DNA from: Candidatus Rokubacteria bacterium RIFCSPLOWO2_02_FULL_73_56
Lineage (GTDB): Bacteria > Methylomirabilota > Methylomirabilia > Rokubacteriales > CSP1-6
Assembly (NCBI GenBank): GCA_001788495.1
Contig: MGCF01000114.1
Coordinates: forward strand, 1,074-65,073
Direction of reading: 5' to 3'
Length of the DNA stretch: 64,000 nucleotides
Shown in pieces: positions 10,201 to 22,200 of this stretch. The notes beneath the pieces are model-generated. The model made no database searches and was not told where the DNA came from. It worked only from the letters and a program-made list of their open reading frames with translations. The position numbers and the translations under genes were made by a program. Positions within the stretch are counted from its first letter, which is position 1. Every line of letters begins with the position of its first letter.

Positions 10201-13200
10201 GTCGAGGTTCGTCACCGCCGACGTGCCCGTGACGTTGACGACGTCGTCGCTGCCGAGCCTCACGTCCAGCAGGTCCACGCCGTAGTAGTTGATCCCGTCC
10301 AGCCGCGTCGCGACCGCCACCGTGCCCAGGAGGGCCGAGACGTCCACGAACGCGATGGCGATGTCGCGGTGCTCGCCCCGGAAGCCCAGGTGGTACGTGG
10401 TGCCGTGCTGCTCGACCGCCACGTTGTCCGTGAACGGCAGCGCCGGGTTGGCGTTGTTCGGGTTGAGCACCGCGCTCAGCGCCTCGAGCACCGCCGCCGC
10501 CGAGGCGTTGAACGCGATCGGCGCCGTGGCGAAGTCCTGGGCGACACCCTCGGCGTTGGCGCGGACGAAGTGGAGCACGAAGCTGCCGCCGGTCGCGTCC
10601 ACCGTCAGCGTCTGCACGGTGTCGCGCTCCGTCGTCAGCGCGCCGTCGCGCAGCGTGGCCACGCGCACGTCGGTGGACGCGCCGAGGCCGGCCACCAGCC
10701 CGGTCGTCTCGCGGGTCTCGCCCCACTCGAGCGGCGCGTGGTCGACGCCGGCCTGGCCGCGGATGAACGTCACCCGGTGGGTCACGTCCACACCGGTGCG
10801 GATCGACGACACCTTGAGGTCGTCGAAGCCGTAGAGCGCGCGCAGCCGCTCGGCCACGGCCTCGTCGTCCATCCCGTAGTCGAGGGTGACCAGGGCGAAG
10901 CCGGCGCCGCGCTCCACGAAGTCCGTGGTGGTGTCGGGCAGGCCCGTCTCGGTGCCGTAGCCCGGCGTGCGGAGCCGGTAGGTGCCCGAGGCGGCCTGCA
11001 CGAAGACCGTCTGGACCTCGGCCACCGTCGGCATGTCGAGGCCGGTCAGCGTGCTGGCGGTCAGGTCGAGCGTGGTGTCGTCGACCGCGTCGCCCGAGTC
11101 GTCGACCACCAGCGTGTCCTCGCCGGCGCCCATGTCCACGGTGAGCAACCCGGTGATCTGGTCCACGTTCTGCTCGTCGTTCGCCACGGTGACCGTGTCG
11201 TCGCCGGCGCCCGTCTCGATGGTGGCGTGGCCCACGATCGTCTCGACGGCGATCGTGTCGTTGCCGGCGCCGCCCCTCACGGTCGTGGAGCCCGCGTGGG
11301 TCGTCTCGACCGTGAAGTGGTCGTTGCCGCGGCCCAACCCGACGCTCACGACCTCGAGGTTCGAGTACGTGATGCCGCCCGGCACGAGGCGGCCGGCCAC
11401 CACCGTGGTGCCGCCCATGCCGAGGCCGGTGATCCGGCTGTCCGTCAGCACGCCGACGTCGTCGGCCGGGCTGTTGGTGTTGTCGACGTACAGCGCGTCG
11501 ACCTGGTCGTCCTCGATCACGCGGAAGTTCAGGTTGAACGGCGCGACGAAGTACAGGTCCTCCGCCACCGGCTGCGTCCCGGTCGGCCAGCCGGTCCGGA
11601 GCGTGACCCGCGTACCGGAGACCAGCGGCGCGTAGGCGGAGTCGATGCCCTCCTCGAAGAAGCCGGTGACGTCCGCGACCGTGTCGCCCGCCTGCACCGG
11701 GTAGGTGACCGCCGGCGCGCCGCCCAGCGCGATGCTCCACGTCCCGGTGCCGGCGCTCAGGATCCGGAACGCCGCCTGGGTCCAGGTCGTGAGCCCGACG
11801 TCCGCCAGCTCGAGGGTGCCGCCCAGGGTGGCCCCGCCCTCGACCGTCTCGCCGGGCGCGGCCAGCACGCTGAAGGTGGCGTTGAACCTGGTGCCGTCCG
11901 TCTTCGTGAGGATCAGGCGGCTGTCGCCCAGGATGCCCACGCGGACCTCGACGTCGAGCGCCGGCGTCTGGGTCCGGATGGCGTCGGCCAGGCGCTCGGC
12001 GATGCTCGACAGGACGGCCTCGCCGGCGCCGATCGGCACCGAGTAGGTCGTGCTCGGGCCACCCGACGCCGTGCCGTCGAGGTCCACGGTCAGCCGCCAC
12101 GTCTCGCCCACCCTGGCGACGCCGTCGAGGGTGACCACCATCCGCGTCCAGTCGAGGCCGCCGAGGCCCGTCTGGACCGGGGTGCCGATGAACTCCGCGC
12201 TGCCGCCCGCCGCCACCTGGAAGGCCACGCTGAACGCCGTGGCCTTCGCCACCGACAGGATGTCGGCGGAGACGGACGCCACGTCGAGCGTCAGCACGCT
12301 CTCGAGGTGGTTCACGGTCAGGAACGTCGCGATGAACGCGAAGTCGTTCATGCGCGGGTCGAAGCCCGGCCGCTCGCCCGTGCGGGCGTTGACGTGCATG
12401 GCGCTCGCGTCCGTGAGGAAGGCGAGGCCGTCGGTGGCGGTCCCGGTGCCGGTCACCTCGCCCTGCGGCAGCGGCAGGTTCTTCTCGCCCGGCAGCAGCA
12501 GCGGGTTGCCGAGGAACCGCTCCTCGCCCACCCGGATGCCGCCGTCGATGACCAGCGGCCCGCGGATCCCGTTCACCCGGCCCTCGAGCGCCGGGAACAC
12601 GAGGGCGTCGCTGCCGTCCACGAAGTCGTCGTCGAGCGCGCGCACGATGACCGTCTGGGCCTGGTTCCAGTCGGTCGTGGTGAACACGAGCTGCGGGGTG
12701 ACGACGGCGCTGCCCAGGCTCTGCGGCAGGACGTTGAGCGTCGCCGTGAAGTCGCCGCCGTGCGCGCGCTCCAGGCTGAGGACGCGGCCGCTGACCGCGA
12801 CGTCCCACGCGCCGGTCGGCAGCTGCTCGCCGAGCTTGCGCGCGACCGTGGCCAGGCTGTCGCCGAACCCGGTCGTGTAGCTGACCGTCGTCACGCCGAC
12901 GCCCGGCACGGTCAGGGTCAGCGTCCAGCGCTCGCCCTGGGCCGTGTGGCCGCCCAGCTCGACGTCCACGGCGCTGAAGAGGCCGGCCACCGTGCCCGGC
13001 GTCCCGGTGACGGTCGCCGTGCCGCGACTGTCGGCCACCGTCGGCGTGATCGACAGGGTCACGGTGAAGTCGACGAGCGCGGTCACCGTGAAGGCCGTCG
13101 AGTCGCCCGCGACCAGGCTCGCCGAGAACGAGAAGTTCAACGGGAAGCCCACGTAGACGAAGCCGTTGACCTGGCTGCGCAGGTCCGCGGCGATCGTCGC

Positions 13201-16200
13201 CAGCGTGTCGCCGGCCACGACCGTGTGCGTGACAACCCGCGGCGAGCCGATGGCCGGGGTAAACGTCAGGCGCCACTGCTCGCCCACGGCCGGCAGGCCC
13301 TCGAGGTCGACCGTCTTCACGTTCGACGAGCCGGTCACGGCGGCGGTGCCGCCGAGCGCGGGCAGCGCGATCGAGAAGGCCGAGAAGAAGGCGTCGGGCG
13401 CCGTCACGACGAGGGCGGTCGGGTCGGCCGGGTCGAGGACCGCCGTGAACCGCCGCCCGCCGACCCCGTAGATCCCCGCGGCGGAGTTGATCGCGTTCCG
13501 GAGGCTCAGGGCGATCGTCGCCAGCGTGTCGCCCGGCTGCACCGTGTACGAGAACCCCGGCAGCGCGTTCGACGAGCCGTCGGCCTGCGGCGTGTTCAGC
13601 GTGACCTTCCAGACCTCGCCCGGCGTCGGCGTGCCCTCGAGGTTGACGTACACGCGGGTGGTGGCCGTCTTGACCTGGACCTCGTTGTTCTCGCCGAAGT
13701 TGGCGTTCGGGTCGAAGGCGAGGTCCGCGTTGTAGGTCCGCGTCGCCTGCGGCGCCACGTCCACGATCACGGTGGCGTCGGGCTGGCCCGTGAGGACCAC
13801 CGTGTAGCTGGCGTCCACCGGCTGGTAGGCCGGGAAGTCCGACATGGGCTGGTAGATCTCGAACCGGCTCGTCGAGTCCGGCGTGACCGCCCACGTCGTG
13901 CTGAGGGTGTAGATGCGCTCCTCGGCGTCGTAGGCGGTGATGGTGGCTTCCTGGCCCTTGCCCGTGCCCTCCACGATCTGGATCTTCTTCCCGGCCAGCG
14001 TGATGGCGTCCGGGTTCGTCTGGTGCAGCTGGAGCGACACGATGAGGTCGTAGGACTGGCCGGGCATCACCCCGCCCTGCCCGTCCGCGAAGTACGTGTT
14101 CGGACGGCCGAGGTAGCGGGTGAAGCTCGCGTAGTCCACGAGGGAGCCGACGCGCAGCTTGTACACGCCGGCGGTGTTGAACGTGTGCTGCAGCAGCGGG
14201 TCCAGCGTCGTGGCGCTGCCCGCGTCGAGGGCGTGCGAGCCGGCCGAGGTACTGCTCGCCAGCACCGAGCCGTTCGGCGCGATCAGCTCGAGGGTTAGCC
14301 GCGCCGTGAAGTCCAGCAGGTCCGTCACCGAGAAGAAGAAGAAGCCGAAGAAGAAGAACGGCACCGGCACCTGGACCGCGCCCTGGATGAGGTTCGCGCG
14401 GTCGATGTCGAACACGCCCTTCACCACGCCGCCGCCGCGCGTGGCGCTGATCCTGAACGGATCGTCGCCGGCCACGGTGACGCCGGCCGCCTTCGCCTTG
14501 TCGATGATGCGGACCTGGCCGGCCGCGAAGTCGCCCGTCTGCAGCTCGGCGCGGAACGGCGCCGCCGCGTCGGCGTTGATCGCGTTGGCCAGCCCCTGGG
14601 CGACCGTGCCGAGCTGGCGCACCGTCGCGTTGCCGAAGGGCGCCAGGAAGCTGTAGGTCCGGCCGTCGATCGTGATCGCCCACGTCTGGCCTTCCTCGTA
14701 CGGGCTGCTCAGCCGCACGACGCCGAGGAGGTAGAAGTCGTCGGCGCTCGCCGTCGAGGCGGTCGTGGTGAAGGCCACCGGCCGGAGCTGGGTCGCCGGC
14801 CCGATCGCGACGGGGGCACCCGTCGCCGACTCCACCACCAGCGCCCCGCCGTCGTTCGACAGCGTGTGCCCGGTCGCGATGAGCGCCGGGAGCGCGAGGA
14901 AGAGGTCCACGATCTGGCTCGTGGTCTGGCCCGCGGACGGCAGCACCGTGTAGTCGACGCCCGCCACCCGCAGCGTCCACGTGTCGCCCTCCTGGGCCAG
15001 CGCCGGGCCGGCGGGGTTGAGGGCCACGCTCTGCGTCCACGCGAGCGGCACCGTGCCGCTGACCGTCGCGGCGGCCGCCGCCGGGTCGCGCGCGATGGCC
15101 ACGTCGAGGGCGAAGGCGGCGCCGCCGGCGACCTTCGAGACGTAGACCGTCGCGCCGGCCGCGAAGGCCGTGTAGCCCGCGAGGCCGTTGGCCTGGCCCG
15201 CGAAGGCGGTGGCCACGGCGTCGGCGACCGCGGCCGGGGTGGCGACCGTGAAGCCCGGCGTCAGCGCGGAGCCGGCCACGCTGAGCGTCCACATGTCGCC
15301 GGCGTTCACGGGGCCGGTCAGGTCGACGCGCAGCGTGGTGGCCGTGCCGACCGACGCGCTGCCGCTCGGCGTGATGGACCGCGCGACCGTGAACGTGCCG
15401 CCGGCGGCGCGGGTCACCGTGAGCGTGTCGCCCGTCCGTAGGATAACGAAGGTGGCGCCGGCCGCGAGGTCGCCCTGGAGGTCCGCCACCACGGCGCCGA
15501 TGGTCGGCGTCGGGCTCGACGGGATCGTGAACGTGCCGTTGACGGGCGTGCCGGACGGCGTCGGCGTCAGCGTGACGTTCCAGACGTCGTCCGCGGTCGG
15601 CGTGCCGGAGAAAGCCAGGGAGGCCGCCGGCTGCTCCGCGCCGACCGTCTGGCTGCCCAGGCCGGCGCCGTCCACCGTCACGCTCAGCGCGACGCCGAAG
15701 TCGTCCGTGGACGCCGTCCGGGTCACGATGATCTGGGCGCCGCGCGCCTCGGCGTCGAAGTCGGCGGCGGCGTCGATGTCGGCGGCCAGGTCGGCCGCCA
15801 CCTCGTCCGGCGTGTCGCCCGGCGCGACCGGGTACGTCGCCACCACGAGCTCGCCGCCGTCCGTCAGCCCCAGCCGCCACGTGTCACCGGCGTCGATCAG
15901 GCTCGGCAGCGTGAACGTCTCCACGCGCACGACGGTCGGCGCGGGCGTCAGCGTCGGCGTCACCGTGTCGGGCTCGGCCGGGCTGGTGATGGACGGCACG
16001 GCCGCCGTGAAGCCGCCGGAGAGCCGGCTGAGCGTCAGAGTGGCGCCGCTCGCGGTCGCGAAGAAGTCCGTGAAGGCGTTGATGGCGTCCCGGAAGCTCC
16101 CGGCGATGGCGTCGATCGTGGGCGAGCCGCTGATCGGCACCTGCGCCGTGTGCAGGGTGGACGCGCCGTCCATGAGCGCGATGGCCCACGTGTCGCCGTC

Positions 16201-19200
16201 CACCACGGTGCCGGCCAGCAGGTAGGTCAGCGTGGTGGCCTCGGTCTGGGCCGCCGGCTGCCGGTCGATCGTCAGCGACGCCGTGAACGTGTGCGCGGTC
16301 ACGGCGATGATCGTGATCGCGTTGCCGGAGGCGACCGCGGTGAACGCGCTCGAGGCGTCCACCTGGCCCGCCAGGTCGGTCGCCACGGTGCTCGCGCTGT
16401 CCTCGGTGCTGTCGTACGGATCGCCGGCCACCGTGAGGCGGAACACGTCGGCCGCGTCGACTGCCCCGATCGTGATCACGCGGGCCACCGTCAGGGCGTC
16501 CGTGGCGATCGACGCCACCGGGTCCACCGACAGGGTGACGTCGAAGTCGTCGCCGGAAAGGCGCGTGACGACGACCGTGGCGCCCTCGGCGACGGCGCGG
16601 AAGCCGCTGACCGCGTCGAGCAGGCCGGCCAGCGTCGAGGCCACCGCACTCGGGGTCGCCCCGGAAGCGGTCCTGGTCGCGAGCACGGTGGTGCTCGGAG
16701 CCGGCTCGCCGAGCGTGACGCTCCAGACGTCCGCCGCCTGGAAGCTCGTCGCGATCGTGATCGTGTGGCTCACGACCGACGGCGCGGTCTCCGCCGTGAA
16801 GGCGCCCGACACCGCCACCGAGACGCTCACCGTGAAGCCGGCCGCCTTGCTCACGGTCACCACGGCGCCGCTCGGCGTCACGGTGTAGCCGCCACCGTTC
16901 AGCGCTCCCGCCAGCAGGCCTGCGAGCGTCGCGCCCGAGGTGCTCGGCGCCGTCTGCGTGGTCGTGCGCGTGGGCGGCGTCGCGTCGTCGAGGTCGGTGA
17001 GCGTCACCGTCCAGTCTTCGCCCGGCCGCACCGCGCCCGGCAGCGTGATCTGGGCGGTCGTGAAGGCGATGGCCGGGACGTCGCCCTGCGACAGCGGCGT
17101 GCCGCCGATGGTCGCCGTGCCCTGCGGGGCGGCGCCGGCAACCGTGAAGGACAGCGTGAACCCGGCCGCGCGCGTGATCGTCAGCGTGTCGCCGAGGCTC
17201 GAGCCCGTGCCGGCGCCGAGCGCGGTGTTCAGCGAGCCGGCCAGCGCGGCGGCGATGCTGGTCAGGGTGTCGCCCACCAGCACCGTCCGGGCGGCCGTGG
17301 TGGCGCCGCCGTCCAGCGTGACCGACCACACCTCGCCGGCGGCCGGCGCGCCCGCCAGCCCCACGTTGGCCGTGCCGAAGGTGATCGGGGTCGTGCCGTC
17401 CGCCGCGAGCGCCTGCGTCGACCGGGTCACCGTGGCGGTCTTCCGGGCCTCCTGGGCGACGCCGTTGACGGTCAGGCCGTGCAGGTTGAAGCCGTTCGGG
17501 TCGGTGATCGTCAACGCGCCGTTGGCCGCGACGGTCACCGTGTACCGCGCCGGCAGCAGGTTCCTGAGACCCGTGCTGACGTCGTCCAGCGAATTGTCGC
17601 CCGGCTGCACCGTGTAGGCGTAGTCCCGGTACCGGAGGCCGAGCGTCCACGTGTCGCCGGCGGCGACACGGCCGTTCGGCAGCAGCGTCACGCTGGTGAA
17701 GAACGGCCCGTTCGGGTCCACCACCGTGCCGGCCGTGGCCGCCGGCGACTGGGCGAACGCCGACGGGTTCAGCATGGCCGCGGTGATCTCGAACGAGTAG
17801 AGGTCGAAGCTGCCGTCGCCCGAGCCCTGGATCCGCGCGAACGGCGTCGAGAAGGTGATGTTCGAGCCGTTGCCGACCTCGGGGTCGAAGAACGTGAAGA
17901 AGTTGTCGCGGTCGTCGATGTCCTGCGCCGCCCCGCCCGCCTGGAGGCTCTCGTTCTCCAGCACCGCCGACGGCGCGAACACGAAGTCGGCCGTCTCGTG
18001 CTGCTCGATCGACACCTGCAGCGTGTAGTCCACGCCGACGGGCAGGCCGGAGGTGAACAGCCAGCTCGTGACCTCGAGGTAGTACCGGCCCGCCTGGGTG
18101 AACGTGAAGGCCAGGAAGTCGTCGAGCCACGTCGTGCTGCCGCCCGCGCCGGCCGTGAGCGGGTCGGAGAAGCCCCGGCCCTGCGCGATGCGGTCGCCGT
18201 TGGCGTTGTAGAGCCTGAGCAGGCTGAGCCACAGGATGCGGTCGCCGAACTCGAACCCGTGGTCGATGTCGAAGCTCGCCTGCACGCCGTTCGACCCGGC
18301 GTCGGCCAGCATCTCCGCCGTGATCTCGAACGAGTAGAAGTCCGGGTCGCCGTTGCCGGTGCCGAGCACGGTCAGGTGCGGCTCGAGCGCGGGGTCGCCG
18401 GTCACGCTGGCGATGTCCGGGTGCGCGTTGCGGCTCCAGTCGCCCAGCCCGAGGTCCTGCGCGGTGAAGGTCGAGTTGTGGAACTGGACCTCGTTGAGCA
18501 CGGCCGTCCCGAAGTCGCCGATGAACTGGTTCGACGCCAGGCTGCCGCCCACCTGCGTGACGTAGCCGTCGCCCAGGAGCACGAACTGGGTGGGCTCGAC
18601 GACAGTCGTCCCGCCGTGCGTCTCGCGGACGAGGACGGTCGGCGCGTCGTCGTCGGTGAGCCGGACGTCCACGGGGCCGGGCTGCGTGACCTCGCCGTTG
18701 GCCCCCGCCGTGTAGACGTAGGTCGCCACGTCGCCGCTCCGGGCGTCCGCGAGCCCCAGCGTCCAGGCGTCGCCGGCCCCGATCACGCCGCTGCCGGCCA
18801 GCGTGATCTGGACCTCGGTGTAGAACGCGGCGCTCGTGGGCGCGAGGGCGGTGCCCGAGCCGCCGGTGAACGACGCCGTGAACGCGCTGCCGTCGTCGGC
18901 CGTCACGTGCAGGACGTTGCCGCTCAGCGTGGCCTCGAACGGCTGGCCGGACGCGTTGACCAGGCCTGCCAGCGTGGCGGCGACGGCGGCGGGAGCGGCG
19001 AGGAACCCGCCGACCGTGCTGTAGATCGACCCGTTGAGGTTCAGGGAGAACAGGGTGCCGCCGAGCGACAGCGAGTCGCCGACGACGGCGTCCACCGACG
19101 TGTAGCGCGCCGTGCCGACATTGGTGAACGTCGCCGTCCCGAAGGTCGTCGCCAGCGAGTCCACGCCGAACGGCGCGTCCGTGTTGGTGAGGGTCAGGAC

Positions 19201-22200
19201 GTTGCCCGCCACGCCGGCCGTGTAGGCGGCCGTGAGGTCGCCGGCGACCTGGGCGCCGAGGCCGCGCGCCGCGTCGGCGAGCGTGATCCCGAGGAACTCG
19301 TCGGTCTCCGACGTGATGGCGTGGGCCACGCGCGAGAAGTGGATCCCTTCCCTCTTCGCGTCGTCGACGGCCTGGATCTCGACGACCTTCAGCGTGTTCC
19401 AGTTCCCCGGCGTGAAGGTCAGGACCTGGCTGGCCGCCCACGTGCTGGTGCCGAACTCGCGCACCAGGACCTCGCCGTCGGCCGAGACGGCGACGGTGAC
19501 CGTGCCCACCGGCGCCTTGCTCAGGACCACCGCGTAGGCGTCCGTGGCCGGCAGCGAGCCCGACGGGTTCTCGGAGACCAGGGTGTCGTCGTCGGCGCGC
19601 TGGCTCGTCTCGTCGAACGGCACCACCACGACCTCGGCGGCGTCGTCGTCGATCACCTGCACGGGCAGGCTCGCCAGCGCCAGGCCGTCGTACGGGTCGC
19701 CGTCGTCGGCGTTGGCGCCCTCCACCACCGTGTGCAGGATCGTGATGCCCCGGTGGCCCTCGGCCAGCCCGTCGTCGATGGCCGTCACCGTCACGTGCTG
19801 CGGGATGAACCAGTTGTTCTTGTCGAACAGCAGGGTCACGCCCGCCTCGTTGCCGTTGAGCGCGATGCCGGCGCCGCCCGCCTTCTTCTCGCGCTCACGG
19901 CCCGCGGACGGGGCGGCCGTGATGCGGACGTTCTCCAGCGGGGCCCGCGTGAGCACGATGTCGTAGCTGGCCACCACCAGCTCGTCCGGGGCGGCCGGGT
20001 TCTCGAACACGCGCAGCGGCCCGCCGCTGAGGCTGAGCAGGACGCCGGCCGTGTCGTTGTCGGCCACCTTGACCGAGAGGTCCGGCACGAACACCGCGTC
20101 GTAGTCCACGTCGGGGCTCGACGCGGTGTGCTCGACGAGGGCGCTGTGGCCGTCGAGGCTCTTGCTCACGACCACCACCGGCTCGCCGTCGTTGCCGCCG
20201 CCCACGCTGAAGGTGTCGCTGCCGCGGCCGCCCTGGATCTCGAGGATCGCGTTCGCGGGCGTGCTCACGATGAAGAACCGGTCGTTGCCCTCGAGCGCGT
20301 CCACCACGATCTTCTCGATGCCGGCGTAGGTGATGGCCAGGCCGGCGCCGAACACGCCCTGGTCGGTGATCACGAAGTCGTCGCCGAACTCCGTGCCGAC
20401 CACGACCAGGGTGTCCAGGCCCTCGCCGCCCTCGATGCGGACCGGCGCGTTGACCGTGTACGAGATGAAGTCCGCGCCCTGGCCGCCGTTGATGGTGGTG
20501 AACGGCGCCAGCGGATCGTCCGGGTTGACGCGCACGAAGGCGCGCACGCGGAAGGTGTCGTCGTCCTCCTCGCCGAAGAGGGCGATCGACGCCGTGTTGT
20601 GGTAGACGGTGAAGCTGTCCTTGCCGAAGCCGCCGAAGAAGATGCCCGGCTTGCTCACGCCGTTCGAGAGGTAGCCCAGCGTCACCCGCGTCGTCTCGAA
20701 GAAGTCGAGGTCGGCGAGGCCGTTGTGCGGGTTCGAGCCGTCGCGCGGCGAGGCGAAGACCTGGCCGATCTGGAAGGTGTCGTCCCCGGCGTCGCCGAAG
20801 ATCGTCGTCGGGGCCAGCGTGTCGTCCAGGATGAAGACGTCGGCGCCCTCGCGGCCGTAGATCGTGAGCGTGCTGTTGATGTCGCCGTCGTAGTTGACGC
20901 GCTCGAAGAAGCCGCCCGCCACGGGCTCGAGGTTCGCGTCCACCTGGAAGGCGGCGACCACGCCGATCCGCGGCGTGACCGTGGGCAGGTTGGCGCGGAG
21001 CAGGAAGAAGTCCGGCCCGTCGGTGCCGTAGACGATGAGCCGGTTGACGCCCAGGTCGTCCGCCGGCGACTCGTCGATGACGTTGATGAGCGCCTTGCCG
21101 GTCGCCGCCAGCCCGATCTCGTAGAGGTCGCTGCCCGCGCGCCCGTGCAGGGTCAGCGGGTGCAGCTCGTCGCGCAGGCCGCTCTGGAAGGTCTGCTGGC
21201 CGTTCTCGTCGTAGTTCACCCGGATCGTGTCGTCGTCCTGGACGCCGTCGCCCGGCCCGCTCTCGGGGTCGAACAGGCCGCCGCCGACCACCGTGGTGCC
21301 GCCGAGCGAGCGGATGTTGAGGACGTCGTCGCCGCCGCCCAGGTCGAGCTCCAGCACGCTGTCCAGCGGCGTGGAGTGTACGAAGAAGGCGTCCACGCCC
21401 TGGCTCAGCCAGACGTCGAGGTTCTCGAAGCCCGTGGAGGCGATGCCGGCGGTCATCCCGGCCGGCGCCGTCATGCCGAGGCCGGTCAGCGAGGCCGCGT
21501 CCAGACGGCCGGTGTTGGGGCCCGCGTCGCCGCTGTCGTAGGCGCGCAGCGTGTCGGCGCCGTCGGCGGCGGCGAGCGTCAGCGGCGCGCTGATGCCGTT
21601 CAGCGTGCTCGTGCCCGTGGGATCGATCAGGTCCGTGCGGCTGCCCACGCGCACGGTGTCGGCGCCCGGGCCCGTGAAGATCGTCGTCGGGCCCGCGATC
21701 GTCATCACGTTGATCGTGTCGGCGCCCATCTGGCTGTCCACGCTGGTCGGGCCCGTGATCGTGGACTGGATGGTCAGCGTGTTGTTGCCCTGGCCCAGGT
21801 GGACGTCGATCTGTTCGAAGGCGAGGTAGCTCATCGAGCCGCCGGCGCCGAAGATGCCGGTGACGAGCGAGCCGGACAGCGTGCCGGTGTTGGTGCCGGT
21901 GTCCTGCGTGTCGTCCACGGTGACGGTCTCGGCGCCGGTCGTCGAGTCCAGGGCGAGCAGCGCGCCGATGCCGTTGGCGTGGCCGAGGACGTTCAGGAAC
22001 TTCAGGCCGTCGGCGTCCGCCTGCACCGCGGGCAGCTCGGTCGTGAGCCACGCGCCCGCCTGGCTGCCCACCGCGAAGCGGTCGGTGCCGCCCTGGCCCA
22101 GGATCGCCGTCGTGCCGCTGATGGCGCGGACGGCGATGCGGTCGTCGCCCCCGCCCGCGTTGATGGTCGTGCCGCCCGTGTGCGTCGTCACCACCGTGAT

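Noticed and set aside
2461-14298. Long plus-strand ORFs (1679, 2105, 954 aa, and 1255 aa at 45410-49177)
   Set aside because: Antisense shadows that mirror the giant gene's repeats, with no independent RBS or domain signal.
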